Shown here in pieces: positions 1 through 9,009 of a stretch of DNA of 64,000 nucleotides; the stretch's first letter is position 1; each line of letters opens with the position of its first letter. A program made the translations under genes and the position numbers. This DNA is from an uncultured Acidimicrobiales bacterium (GTDB lineage Bacteria > Actinomycetota > Acidimicrobiia > Acidimicrobiales > SZUA-35), in the NCBI GenBank assembly GCA_963717115.1, contig CAVQVO010000020.1:1158357-1222356 (forward strand), read 5' to 3'. The notes beneath the pieces are model-generated. The model was not told the origin of the DNA, ran no database searches, and worked only from the letters and a program-made list of their open reading frames with translations.

Positions 1-183
1 GCCCTCGAACAACTTCGATGCCGACGTCGGCGTGGTGTCGACGTCGACCGGGGGTGCCTGGTCGTAGACGGCGACCGGTTGGGGGGTGGTCGAGCCTGCC
101 TTGTTCGCGGCCTTGGCCGCTCGCTTGGCTTGCTTGGCTCGGTCACGCTGCAACTTCGCGAAACTGGAACGTTGCTTGGCCAT
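1..183 (-). CDS. small Lys/Ala-rich basic protein, partial (C-terminus runs off left edge)
   Basis: My own minus-strand translation. ATG at 183..181 is preceded by GAAAGG and reads MAKQRSSFAKLQRDRAKQAKRAAKAANKAGSTTPQPVAVYDQ..., open to position 1. It is absent from the ORF track because there is no stop in the window. Confidence 0.35.
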   Translation of the reverse strand, partial: MAKQRSSFAKLQRDRAKQAKRAAKAANKAGSTTPQPVAVYDQAPPVDVDTTPTSASKLFEG

Positions 184-363
184 GGTTCTGCCTTTCTGAC
201 TCACGCGGCCACACACAGCCCACCCGGAGCGGATGGTGGCCGGCGGCCGATGCGACGCCGGAGGGATGTCGGCGCCGCCTGAGATGAACCGTCCCAGGTT
301 AGGCAGAGATTCCCCCCGCCCCTACATCGGACGGGATCATTGCCCAGGTATTCGGCCTGGATG

Positions 364-1035
364 TCAGCCGATGGTGACCGACGCCACCATCAGGAAGTGG
401 CTGGCACCGGCGGCCACGGTGCAGGCGTGCCACACCTCGTGGTAGCCGAACACGAGCGGCGACGGATCCGGGCGACGGCGATAGAAGACGATGGCCCCCG
501 CCGTGTAGAGCGCACCGCCGAGGAGGAGCAGACCGAGCTCGACTTGCGACAGGCTGCGAACCAGCACCGGTGCCATCACCATGGCCGCCCACCCGAGCAC
601 CGGGTAGAAACCGTTGCTCGCTCGGACGAGGCTCGGTGATCCGGCGACCTTGAGCGCCACGCCCACCCCGGCCAGTGTCCAGACGATGAGCAGTGCCGGT
701 CGGCCCCAGGCGGGCGGCAGGGCCAACAGGCAGACCGGCGTGTAGGTCCCGGCGATCTGCAGGTAGATGACCGAGTGATCGAGGCGCTGCATGCGCTTCT
801 GGGCGACCGCGGAGCGGGCCAGTCGGTGGTAGGCCGCCGAGACACCGAACACCGCGACGAGACTGGCGCCGTAGATCGAGGCCGCCAGACGGTCCAGGTC
901 ACCCCGGGCGACGAGCACGAGGACGAGCGCGGCCGGGATCGACAGGGCGAACGCCCACGTGTGCAGGCGGCCTCGCCACTCCGGGCGCGGGAGCCCGGTG
1001 GCCACCGAGATCACCGCGGTGGTCTCGCCGTTCAT
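364..1035 (-). CDS. hemolysin III / PAQR family membrane protein
   Basis: ORF 364..1134, trimmed to the internal ATG (MNGETTAV...). It has multiple TM segments and a C-terminal HEVWHACTVAAGASHF His motif typical of the hemolysin III family. Confidence 0.8.
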   Translation of the reverse strand: MNGETTAVISVATGLPRPEWRGRLHTWAFALSIPAALVLVLVARGDLDRLAASIYGASLVAVFGVSAAYHRLARSAVAQKRMQRLDHSVIYLQIAGTYTPVCLLALPPAWGRPALLIVWTLAGVGVALKVAGSPSLVRASNGFYPVLGWAAMVMAPVLVRSLSQVELGLLLLGGALYTAGAIVFYRRRPDPSPLVFGYHEVWHACTVAAGASHFLMVASVTIG

Positions 1036-1607
1036 GCGTCGAGATGGTGGGTGTCGTTGAAGGCGTGCAGGGACGGACCGCGTTCGCCGACCTCGATGCG
1101 GGTGATCGAGGCCTGGGCGACCATCGCCCGCCACGAGACCTCGATGCCGACACCGAGAGCCCAGGCCACGGCCGCCTTGATCGGGGAGACGTGGGTCACG
1201 ATCGCCACGTTCCGTCCGGCGGCGAGCGGCGACAGTTCGTCGAGGAAGCCTCCGACGCGGGCCGCCAACTCGAGGAGCGATTCGCCGTTCGGTGGGTGGA
1301 ATCCGGGATCACCGCGCCATTCGGCCCAGACCTCGGCGGAGATCTCCGACACCGGGCGCAGGTCGAAGTCTCCGTAGTCGAGCTCGAGGAGTCGGTCGTC
1401 GGTGGTGAAGTCGGCTCGAATGGCTGCCGCAGTCGACATCGTTCGCCGCAGCGGACTCGCGATCACCTCGAGGTCGCCGGGGAGCACCGAGGCAATGGCC
1501 TCCGCCTGGCGGCGGCCCGTGTCGTCGAGCTCGGGATCGGCCCGGCCGAGCAGTAATCCCGAGGCGTTGGCTTCGGTCCGGCCATGGCGAACCACGTACA
1601 GCGTCAC
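1032..1607 (-). CDS. histidine phosphatase (phosphoglycerate mutase-like) family protein
   Basis: C-terminal 191 aa of ORF 1032..2075, from GTG: VTLYVVRHGRTEAN (RHG catalytic motif). It overlaps the upstream gene by 4 nt. Confidence 0.85.
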   Translation of the reverse strand: MTLYVVRHGRTEANASGLLLGRADPELDDTGRRQAEAIASVLPGDLEVIASPLRRTMSTAAAIRADFTTDDRLLELDYGDFDLRPVSEISAEVWAEWRGDPGFHPPNGESLLELAARVGGFLDELSPLAAGRNVAIVTHVSPIKAAVAWALGVGIEVSWRAMVAQASITRIEVGERGPSLHAFNDTHHLDA

Positions 1608-2083
1608 AGCACTCCCCGTGCCAGCTGACCCGTCCGGAGGAGACGGGTGCGACCGTCGGGGTCGTCGAGTCCGTAGCGGCGCCAGGCCCAGACCCCCGCC
1701 GCAACAGCGACGAGTTCCATGCCGATCACGACGGCGATCGGCCGGGTGAACTCGGGGACCGGCTCGGCGAAGTCGAATCCGAACGCCGGCCACCACATCA
1801 GGTCCTTCGAGGTCCACGTCCCGTCGAGGACCAGGTGGACGAGCAGTCCGATCGGGAGACCGAGCCAGCGCCGACGGACGAGGCGGCGCCCCTCGGTCGC
1901 GGCCATCACGAGCCCCAGCACGATCACCGATCCGAGCAGGGTGTGGAGGACGTTCGCTCCGCCGAGCAACCGTTCGCCGACGGGCGCAACGGCACCGACG
2001 ACCACCATCCGGTAGTCGATCATCGGACTCCGGAACACCTCGGCGACCAGGATGGGCGCCAGGACGGCGAACCACAGCAGCAT
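1604..2083 (-). CDS. integral membrane protein, membrane-bound metal-dependent hydrolase-like (DUF457-type)
   Basis: ORF 1604..2131, trimmed to MLLWFAVLAPILV. It has 4-5 hydrophobic segments and scattered His/Asp residues. Confidence 0.55.
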   Translation of the reverse strand: MLLWFAVLAPILVAEVFRSPMIDYRMVVVGAVAPVGERLLGGANVLHTLLGSVIVLGLVMAATEGRRLVRRRWLGLPIGLLVHLVLDGTWTSKDLMWWPAFGFDFAEPVPEFTRPIAVVIGMELVAVAAGVWAWRRYGLDDPDGRTRLLRTGQLARGVL

Positions 2084-2106
2084 GGGGCCCAGACTACGAG
2101 CCGGGC

Positions 2107-2826
2107 TCAGCGGATGAGGATCCGACCGCACGAGTCACAGGTCACGACGGCGTCATCGGGAAGTCGTTTCATTCGATCGGCCTCGACGGCCGAGAGGGCC
2201 AGATGGCACCCGGTGCAGCTGTTCGAGACCAGCCGGGCGATGGCGATCCCCCCCATGTCGGTGCGCAGCGAGTCGTACTTGGCGAGCAGCTCGGCCGGGA
2301 CCCCGCCGGCCGCCTCGGCCCGCTCGGCCGTGGTGTCGACGATCTCGTGGTCGACGCCGTCGAGCGCAACAGCCAGTTCGGCTTCCTTCGCCGTGATCGA
2401 CAGCGCCAGCGCGTCGAGCGCGGCCCGCTCGGTGGCCAGCCGGCCCTCGATCCCCTCGAGTTGCTCCATGAGCTCGAGCTCGTCGTCCTCCATCGAGGTC
2501 TGGCGCTCGAGGAGGTGCGCCGACTCCTCCTGGAGTGCCAGGAGATCCTTGGTCGAGGTGACCGAACCGTCGTAGAGCTTGCGTTCGATGTCGGCCCGCC
2601 GAGCCCGCACCGTTGCCACTTCGTCGTCGACTCGCTTTCGCTGCCGATCGACGTCGTGCTGCTCGGCGGCCACGGTGTCGGTGGCGGCCTGCTGGGCTCG
2701 GTGCCGTGCCCGGAGGTCGGCGAGTTCGTCTCGCAGCGGATGGTGGGCATGGCGATGCCGGAGCTGGTCGAGCTTGGTGTCGTGATCCTGGACGATCAGC
2801 AACTGGTCGTAGCCGGGGGCGGACAT
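2107..2826 (-). CDS. coiled-coil protein with C-terminal C4 zinc ribbon (COG1579-like)
   Basis: Last 239 aa of ORF 2107..3777, from MSAPGYDQLLIVQ. A long heptad-like region is followed by CTGCH...CDSCGRILIR. Confidence 0.75.
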   Translation of the reverse strand: MSAPGYDQLLIVQDHDTKLDQLRHRHAHHPLRDELADLRARHRAQQAATDTVAAEQHDVDRQRKRVDDEVATVRARRADIERKLYDGSVTSTKDLLALQEESAHLLERQTSMEDDELELMEQLEGIEGRLATERAALDALALSITAKEAELAVALDGVDHEIVDTTAERAEAAGGVPAELLAKYDSLRTDMGGIAIARLVSNSCTGCHLALSAVEADRMKRLPDDAVVTCDSCGRILIR

Positions 2827-4988
2827 CAGCCACCACCCGTCGCCGGTGGAGCGGCCGGAGGGGCCGCAGGCGGCGTGGTCGGCGGCGCGTTGGGATCGAC
2901 CGGAACCGTCTCGGGAGGCAGGGTGGTCGGGGGTTCGGTGGTGGTGGTCACGATCTGGAAGCAGTCGGGCTTGCCGTCGCCGTCGGAGTCGACCAGCACC
3001 GTCTCCCTCGTCGAGCTGTTGCGGTCGCCCTCGTTGCAGAAGTCGACTTCGCCGGGCGCCTTCAGGTAGCGGCCACCGCCGTAGCGTTCGGGCGGCTCGA
3101 ACGGGATCGGGGGCAGGTTCTGGTGATAGGCGTTGTTGAACTGGCCCCAGATCGCCGCCGGATAGGTGCCACCCTGCACGTTCACGCCGCCGACGTTGCG
3201 CATCGGGATCTTCTCGTCGGGATGACCCATCCACACGACGGTGGTCAGATAGGTCGTGAACCCGGCGAACCAGGCGTCTTCGTTGTTCTGCGCCGTTCCG
3301 GTCTTGCCCCCGGCCTCGTGACCGTTCGCCAGCCGGGCCCGGGTCCCGGTGCCACTGCGGACGTTGCCGATCAGCGTCTCGACGATCATGCGAGCCGTCT
3401 GAACCGAGATCGCTCGGCGGGGGTCGGGGCGGTGCTCGTAGATGAGGTTGCCGTCGCGGTCGAGGATCCGCTCGACGTAGTAGGCCTCGTTGACGATGCC
3501 GTCGTCGGCGATGGCGGCGTAGGCAACGGCCATGTCCATCGGATGGACCTCTTTCGACCCGAGCGGGAACGACAGCACCGCCGAGGCCGGGTCGAGGGTG
3601 GTGATCCCGAGGCGCTGGGCCACTTCGACGGCCTTGTCGTTGCCGACGACCTGTCCGAGACGGACGAAGGCGCAGTTGTTCGACGACCGGGTGGCCGAGG
3701 CGATCGACTGGACCCCGCCGCCTCCGCCTCGCACCTCGTAGGGGTCGGGGAAGCCGCCGGGATTCTCGAACTCGCACGGGCTGTCGCCCCGGACCTCGTC
3801 GCTCGGCGTGTAGCCGGCCTCGAAGAGCGCAGCCAGCACGAAGGTCTTGTTGGACGAACCCGGTTGCCGGAGGCCCTCGGTGGTCAGGTTGAACTGCTCG
3901 GTCTGGAAGTTCGGGCCTCCGACCATGGCTCGCACCGCCGACGTGCGGGTGTCGACGGCGGCGAGGGCCACCGTGAAACCTCGTGGATCGTCGGGCAGGA
4001 GATCGGCCCGGGCCTGCAGGGCCGCCGCCTGGGCACTCAGATCGAAGGTCGTGTAGATCTCGAGACCGCCGAAGTAGACCAGGTTGTACCGATCGCGTTG
4101 GTCGGCCCCGAGCGGTATGGGACCGGTGGGGTCGAGGAGTTCGTTGAGGGCTTCCTCGATGAAGTAGTCGGTGGGCTTGATGTCGAACGGCGAGCGCCGC
4201 TCGGCGGGCAGCGGCGCCGTGCGGATCTGTTCGGCGATCGTCTCGTCGATCACCTCCTGCGACAGCAGGCGGTCGACCACGACATTGCGCCGGTCACGGG
4301 CCCGGACGGAGTTGACCGTGGGGTTGTAGCCGTTGGGATTGCGGATCAGGCCGGCGAGCATCGCCGCCTCGGGCCAGCCGAGTTCGCTGACGTCCTTCAT
4401 GCCCCAGTAGGTCTCGGCCGCAGCCCGCACCCCGTAGGAGTTGGCACCGAAGTACACGGTGTTGAGATACCGCTCGAGGATCTCGTCCTTGGTGTATTCC
4501 TCTTCGAGCCGCAGGGCGTAGAACGCCTCGGTGCTCTTGCGGTCGAAGTTCTGGTCGGCGCTGAGGAACGAGAGCTTCACGAGCTGCTGGGTGATCGTGG
4601 AGCCGCCCTGCTCGATCCCGCCGGCGTTGATGTTCTCGACCAGCGCCCGGAAGATGGCCCGGAAGTTCACGCCGTCGTGTTCGTAGAAGTCGGCGTCCTC
4701 CATGGCCAGGACGGCGTCGATGACCGGCTGGGGGATCTCGTCGAGCGTGACCGGCTGGGAGTTCTCCTTCACCAGGTAGGTGAGGAACGTCCCGTCGGCG
4801 GCGTACATGGACGATCGCTCGGTGATCGCCCCGAGGGTGAGCGTGGCGGCCGTGCTCTCATGGGCGGTGGCGATCGTTGCGACCTGGGGAATGACCGTCA
4901 GGGCGGCCGCCGCAGCGACCGAGGCGACGGCGATCATCAGGATCGCCAACGATGAGAGGCGCTTGGCCAGGCGCAGGAGGATCAGCAC
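2826..4988 (-). CDS. ponA: class A penicillin-binding protein (transglycosylase + transpeptidase) with Pro-rich C-terminal tail
   Basis: 720-aa ORF with an N-terminal TM anchor. The GT51 motifs EDADFYEHDGV and GGSTITQQLVK are present, along with the transpeptidase motifs SSNK and KTGT. Confidence 0.9.
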   Translation of the reverse strand: MLILLRLAKRLSSLAILMIAVASVAAAAALTVIPQVATIATAHESTAATLTLGAITERSSMYAADGTFLTYLVKENSQPVTLDEIPQPVIDAVLAMEDADFYEHDGVNFRAIFRALVENINAGGIEQGGSTITQQLVKLSFLSADQNFDRKSTEAFYALRLEEEYTKDEILERYLNTVYFGANSYGVRAAAETYWGMKDVSELGWPEAAMLAGLIRNPNGYNPTVNSVRARDRRNVVVDRLLSQEVIDETIAEQIRTAPLPAERRSPFDIKPTDYFIEEALNELLDPTGPIPLGADQRDRYNLVYFGGLEIYTTFDLSAQAAALQARADLLPDDPRGFTVALAAVDTRTSAVRAMVGGPNFQTEQFNLTTEGLRQPGSSNKTFVLAALFEAGYTPSDEVRGDSPCEFENPGGFPDPYEVRGGGGGVQSIASATRSSNNCAFVRLGQVVGNDKAVEVAQRLGITTLDPASAVLSFPLGSKEVHPMDMAVAYAAIADDGIVNEAYYVERILDRDGNLIYEHRPDPRRAISVQTARMIVETLIGNVRSGTGTRARLANGHEAGGKTGTAQNNEDAWFAGFTTYLTTVVWMGHPDEKIPMRNVGGVNVQGGTYPAAIWGQFNNAYHQNLPPIPFEPPERYGGGRYLKAPGEVDFCNEGDRNSSTRETVLVDSDGDGKPDCFQIVTTTTEPPTTLPPETVPVDPNAPPTTPPAAPPAAPPATGGG

Positions 4989-5026
4989 GACAACGCATGC
5001 TACTCACGACCCGGGCCAAACCGGGG

Positions 5027-5983
5027 TCAGTGGTCGTGACCCCCGTGACCGGTGAGGACGCCGGCGAAGGGGTCGACGCCGGCGGCGCGAGCGGCCTCGA
5101 AGACCGCCTGGACGGCACCGGAGTCCGACGATGGGTCGGTCACGGCGAGACCGAACAGCGGTCCGCTGCCGTCGGTGACCACGACGATGGTGACGTCCTG
5201 GTTCTGGATGCGGGTGCGCCCGGCGAACACCACGTCGAGCGAGACGTCGCACAGCTCGGCGGCGGCCGCGGCAACGGCGGCGACCTCGTCGGGACCGACC
5301 GCGGCCGCATGGCGGCGATCGCTGGGGCCAACGAGGCGGACGTCGGCGAGGACGCCGTCGCCACCGGCCTTGACCAGCACCCGGATCGACGCGCCGCCGG
5401 GCACCTCCGACGCCCCGTTGACCGCCAACGACACCGAACGGACGAGGCGGGCGACCAGACGCTCGTCGTCTTGGTCGAACGGACGCGACCGCACGATGGC
5501 GGCCGCGATCGGACCCTGGCTCGAGTCCTGGCGGCAGATCAGCATCTGTCGACCGTCGAGCGAGGTCTGCGCGAAGTCGAAATCGACGTCGTCGAGCGCC
5601 GCCCAGAGCCGGCCGGCCAGCTCGAAGCCCTCGCCGTCGAGTCCGCTCCATCCCTCGGGCAGCTTCGAGGCGACCGTCGCCGAGCGCCCCGGACCCGACC
5701 GCGAGACGACCACGACGCCGTCGGCCTGGAAGCCCTCGGCCAACGCCGTCAGGGCGAGCTCGGTGGCAAGACGACGGACTTCGGGGGTGTTTCGAACGCC
5801 GAGGAGCGTGGAGACTTCGGGGGCCCGTTGGTACGACAAGGCGTCGTCGAGGATGCCGGCCAGTCCCTTTCCGAGACCCGAGGGTTTCACGCTGTCCATG
5901 GGAGCACTCCGATCACGTGTCTTCCGATCACTGGTTGTGCGCCCTGGGTGTTGCTGCTCGGTTCCGCTGTCTTCGTCGGTCAT
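5027..5983 (-). CDS. hypothetical protein with ParB-N-like GLGKGLAGIL motif
   Basis: ORF 5027..6064, trimmed to the ATG (MTDEDSG) that overlaps the upstream protease stop as ATGA at 5980..5983. Codon usage is coding-like and no catalytic motif was recognised. Confidence 0.6.
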   Translation of the reverse strand: MTDEDSGTEQQHPGRTTSDRKTRDRSAPMDSVKPSGLGKGLAGILDDALSYQRAPEVSTLLGVRNTPEVRRLATELALTALAEGFQADGVVVVSRSGPGRSATVASKLPEGWSGLDGEGFELAGRLWAALDDVDFDFAQTSLDGRQMLICRQDSSQGPIAAAIVRSRPFDQDDERLVARLVRSVSLAVNGASEVPGGASIRVLVKAGGDGVLADVRLVGPSDRRHAAAVGPDEVAAVAAAAAELCDVSLDVVFAGRTRIQNQDVTIVVVTDGSGPLFGLAVTDPSSDSGAVQAVFEAARAAGVDPFAGVLTGHGGHDH

Positions 5984-6876
5984 GGTGTCGTCTCGACTCT
6001 CGACGAACCCATGACCGCTGTCGGACAGGGATCGTCCGTTTCCGGGCGACCCGAGCCGTTCCATGCTTTCAGATCCTCGACCGGGATGGCGAGCGTCAGA
6101 CCGATTGCTTCTTCGAACCCCTGCAACATACCGACGACTCGGCCGTTCCGGTCGAGCACGGGGCCACCCGAGAAACCGGGCTCGGTCCGGACGTCGATGA
6201 GCATGACCGTTCCACCGGTCCGATAGGTGCCGGTGGTGTCGTACAGGTGCACCGACCCGGCGGCGACGACCGTTGCGCCACCCCCGGCATGACCGGCGAC
6301 GAAGACGGGATCGCCGATTTCGGCGTTGACGTCGGCGAAGGCCAGCTCCACGACCCCGACTCCCGGAGCGACGGCGACATCGAGTTCTGCGGCCCGGCCC
6401 GTGACCGGGACCACGACGGGGTCGAGCAACTGATCGAGCTTCACCTCGTCACCAACGGCCACGAGGTGCCGGTTCGTGAAGGTCTCGCCGTCGACGACGA
6501 AGCCCGAGCCTCGGAGCGGTCCGGTGCAGCCGGTTCCGGCCACGCCCACGGTCGCGGCGTCGGCCAGGGCCCGAATGGCGATCTCTTGGTCGAGGTCGAT
6601 CGGATCTGCGGGCCCGACCGGCTCGACGACCACCGGTGGACGGTTCACGGCGACCGAGGCGATCCGTGGTGCGGCGGTGATCCGGGTGGCCGCCGCGATC
6701 AGACCGCCGACGACGAGCACGGATGCCCCGGCAACGAGGATCGACCAGCGGTGGTTCCCGAGGCGGTGCCGCCGCAGTCCGAGCGTCCCGAGCCCAGGGG
6801 TCGGTGGTGCAGGGTTCTCGGGCGCAGGGTTCTGGGGTGCAGGGTTCTGGGGTGCAGGATTCTGGGGCACGCACAC
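5980..6876 (-). CDS. membrane-anchored trypsin-like (S1) serine protease
   Basis: 298-aa ORF with a QNPAP-repeat N-terminus and a TM helix. It has GSGFVV...NRHLV (His) and GFSGGPVLDRNGRVVGM (Ser) motifs. Confidence 0.8.
   Translation of the reverse strand: MCVPQNPAPQNPAPQNPAPENPAPPTPGLGTLGLRRHRLGNHRWSILVAGASVLVVGGLIAAATRITAAPRIASVAVNRPPVVVEPVGPADPIDLDQEIAIRALADAATVGVAGTGCTGPLRGSGFVVDGETFTNRHLVAVGDEVKLDQLLDPVVVPVTGRAAELDVAVAPGVGVVELAFADVNAEIGDPVFVAGHAGGGATVVAAGSVHLYDTTGTYRTGGTVMLIDVRTEPGFSGGPVLDRNGRVVGMLQGFEEAIGLTLAIPVEDLKAWNGSGRPETDDPCPTAVMGSSRVETTP
6807..6866. repeat. 4 x 15-bp tandem repeat encoding (Q/E)NPAP units in the protease N-terminus
   Basis: Direct reading gives gtgcagggttctcgg / gcgcagggttctggg / gtgcagggttctggg / gtgcaggattctggg. 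Confidence 0.85.
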
Positions 6877-6970
6877 TCCGAGCGACGACGTCGCTCGAAC
6901 CTAGACGGGTCGACCGGTGCCCCGACACAGCAAAAAGACCTGGTGGGCTCGGTTGTCGCCCCGGGCCGGG

Positions 6971-7345
6971 TCAAGACTTGGCCGACAGCAGCTCGAAGAC
7001 CTCGTGCCGAAGGGCGTCGCTGATCCGGAAGAACGAGATGCCGTAGTAGGCGATCCGGTCGTTGTAGCGACGAACGGTTCGGACCTCGACGATGCCCTCG
7101 GCCCCCTTGATCTGGAAGCGAATCTTCGCGCCCACCTTGATGTTCTGGTTGACCGGTGAGGTGATCAACGCCCCACCCACCGAGAGGTCGACGATGTTGG
7201 CCTTGACGGCAGCCGGTGTTCCTTTGAAGAGCTTTCGGCGACTGGGCGGCATCCACACGGCGTCACCATCAGCGGCACGGCGTTCGGCGAGCCGAGGAAA
7301 CTCACTGGGTCTGCGGAGGTCGCCGTCGTCGACGAAGTTTCCCAT
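6971..7345 (-). CDS. PilZ domain protein (putative c-di-GMP receptor)
   Basis: 124 aa. It has PSRRKLFK followed by DLSVGG (DxSxxG). The RxxxR half-site is partly degenerate. Confidence 0.65.
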   Translation of the reverse strand: MGNFVDDGDLRRPSEFPRLAERRAADGDAVWMPPSRRKLFKGTPAAVKANIVDLSVGGALITSPVNQNIKVGAKIRFQIKGAEGIVEVRTVRRYNDRIAYYGISFFRISDALRHEVFELLSAKS

Positions 7346-7411
7346 ACGGGCTCTATCGGCCTCGACCTCGCCGCAGCCAATGGGTCGAACGACCCTGGTG
7401 TACCGCCCCGA

Positions 7412-8248
7412 TCAGGCCGCCTTGCGGGCGATGACGAACGCATGATCATTTTGGAAGCGGTAGGCGCCTCGCTCGTCCCGACAGTGGTCGATCGCCTCCA
7501 GGACGGCCTCCTTCACGACCGACTCCTGGGTGTGGCGCAGTGCCGGCACGGCCGGGCCCACGCTCGAGAGTGCTCGCCACGCGAGGTCGGCGTCGGGCCA
7601 TTCGATCATCGACACCCTCGCTCCCCGTTCGAGCACCTCGAACCCGGACTCGCGCAACATCTGCTCCGCCACGCCGGGTGACGCGATGTCGTTCAGGCGC
7701 TTCATGCTGGTGAAGTGCTGGGGCGGCGAGTTCCGGGCAAACGCCTTGAAACACCCCCGCAAGTCGTTCGGCCGGCCCGCTCCCCAGAAGCTGATCCCGA
7801 TCAGGCCCTCGGGGCGAAGCACTCGACGGGCCTCGTCCAGTGCCCCCTCACAACCGCCCCAGACGCCGTTGATCGAGATCACGACGTCGAAGACTCCGTC
7901 CTCCCACGGGAGGTCGAACATCGATCCGAGCTGGAGGTCCGAACCCGGATTGCGGTCACGGGCCACCTCGAGCAGCGTCCGAGAGGCATCGATCCCGGCA
8001 GTCACCGCACCCATCGACTCGGCATGGCGGAGGGCCAGCCCGGATCCGCAGGCCATGTCCAGGAGCCGCACCCCGGCCGCGACACCGACCCGTTGGAAGA
8101 TGGCGATCATCACCTCGAGCGAGTAGTGCTCGTACAGGTAGGCCCAGTCGGTGGCCGAATGCCCCCAGGCGTCGCCGGCCTCGCGCCAGTCGTGGGTGCC
8201 CTGCTGGTCGAGGGTCTGCTGGTCGAGGGTCTCCGAGCGGTGGTTCAT
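7412..8248 (-). CDS. class I SAM-dependent methyltransferase
   Basis: 278 aa with motif I, LLDMACGSGL, and a downstream acidic loop. Confidence 0.85.
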   Translation of the reverse strand: MNHRSETLDQQTLDQQGTHDWREAGDAWGHSATDWAYLYEHYSLEVMIAIFQRVGVAAGVRLLDMACGSGLALRHAESMGAVTAGIDASRTLLEVARDRNPGSDLQLGSMFDLPWEDGVFDVVISINGVWGGCEGALDEARRVLRPEGLIGISFWGAGRPNDLRGCFKAFARNSPPQHFTSMKRLNDIASPGVAEQMLRESGFEVLERGARVSMIEWPDADLAWRALSSVGPAVPALRHTQESVVKEAVLEAIDHCRDERGAYRFQNDHAFVIARKAA

Positions 8249-8437
8249 GCATCCGATCCTCCGCCGGACGGTCCCCGAAGTCCTGAATACGCCCTGAAGA
8301 TCGGACGCGGACGGAATTCAGGTCGTCCTCAACCGCCCTCCACGACCCCGACGTCGGGAAGCGGGATCGTGGAGCCGTCGATGCAGACCATCGGCGAAAC
8401 ACCAATCGGGCCCACGGGCCGACCCTGGAGGAAGCAC

Positions 8438-9004
8438 ATGACCACCACCGAAGAAGCTCCCACCGTCGACAACGGTGTCAATGTCGAAGCCCTGCTGGGC
8501 GCCCGGGCGCATCTGACCGACGTCCCGGAGCTCGCGAAGTTCCGTTGGCGGGCACGCTGCGAATGGGTGAAAGGCACCCACAGCCGCAGCACGGTCTCCG
8601 ACTTCTCGGGCCTCGGCGCCGAACAGGCCCACCGCCGGCCGTACTCGATCGACGCCGACCATCCCGAGATCTTCGCCTCCGAGGACAACGGCGCGACTCC
8701 CCCCGAGGCGGTCCTGGCCGCCCTGGCCAGCTGCCTGACGGCCGGAGTCGCCACCGTTGCCACCCACCGAGGTGTCCAGCTTCGGTCGGTGACCGCAACC
8801 ATCGAAGGCGACATGGACCTGCAGGGCATCCTCGGAATCGACGGCGACGTCCGCAACGGTTTCGGCGGCATCACGGTGACCTACGACATCGATGCCGATG
8901 CCTCCAAGGCCGACATCGAAGCGATCGTCGCACAATCCCAGAAGCGTTCGGCGGTCTTCGACATCGTGGCCAACCCAACGGCCATTCGCGTCGAGGTCGC
9001 CTGA
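8438..9004 (+). CDS. OsmC/Ohr family peroxiredoxin-like protein
   Basis: In ORF 7715..9004. ATG 8438 is preceded by GGAGG. The OsmC-like Cys context LAALASCLTAG is present. Confidence 0.85.
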   Translation: MTTTEEAPTVDNGVNVEALLGARAHLTDVPELAKFRWRARCEWVKGTHSRSTVSDFSGLGAEQAHRRPYSIDADHPEIFASEDNGATPPEAVLAALASCLTAGVATVATHRGVQLRSVTATIEGDMDLQGILGIDGDVRNGFGGITVTYDIDADASKADIEAIVAQSQKRSAVFDIVANPTAIRVEVA

Positions 9005-9009
9005 GACCC

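Noticed and set aside
2613-4955. I considered very long 'shadow' ORFs (for example 2613..4955 +, 8881..11031 -, 36187..38835 +, 39006..41144 N-terminal part, 21375..22955 +, 52473..53603 +) as possible overlapping or antisense genes.
   Set aside because: They lie opposite or out of frame to genes with clear family motifs. Their translations are Arg/Gly/Pro/Asp-rich low-complexity strings, typical of non-coding frames in high-GC DNA. None shows a motif.
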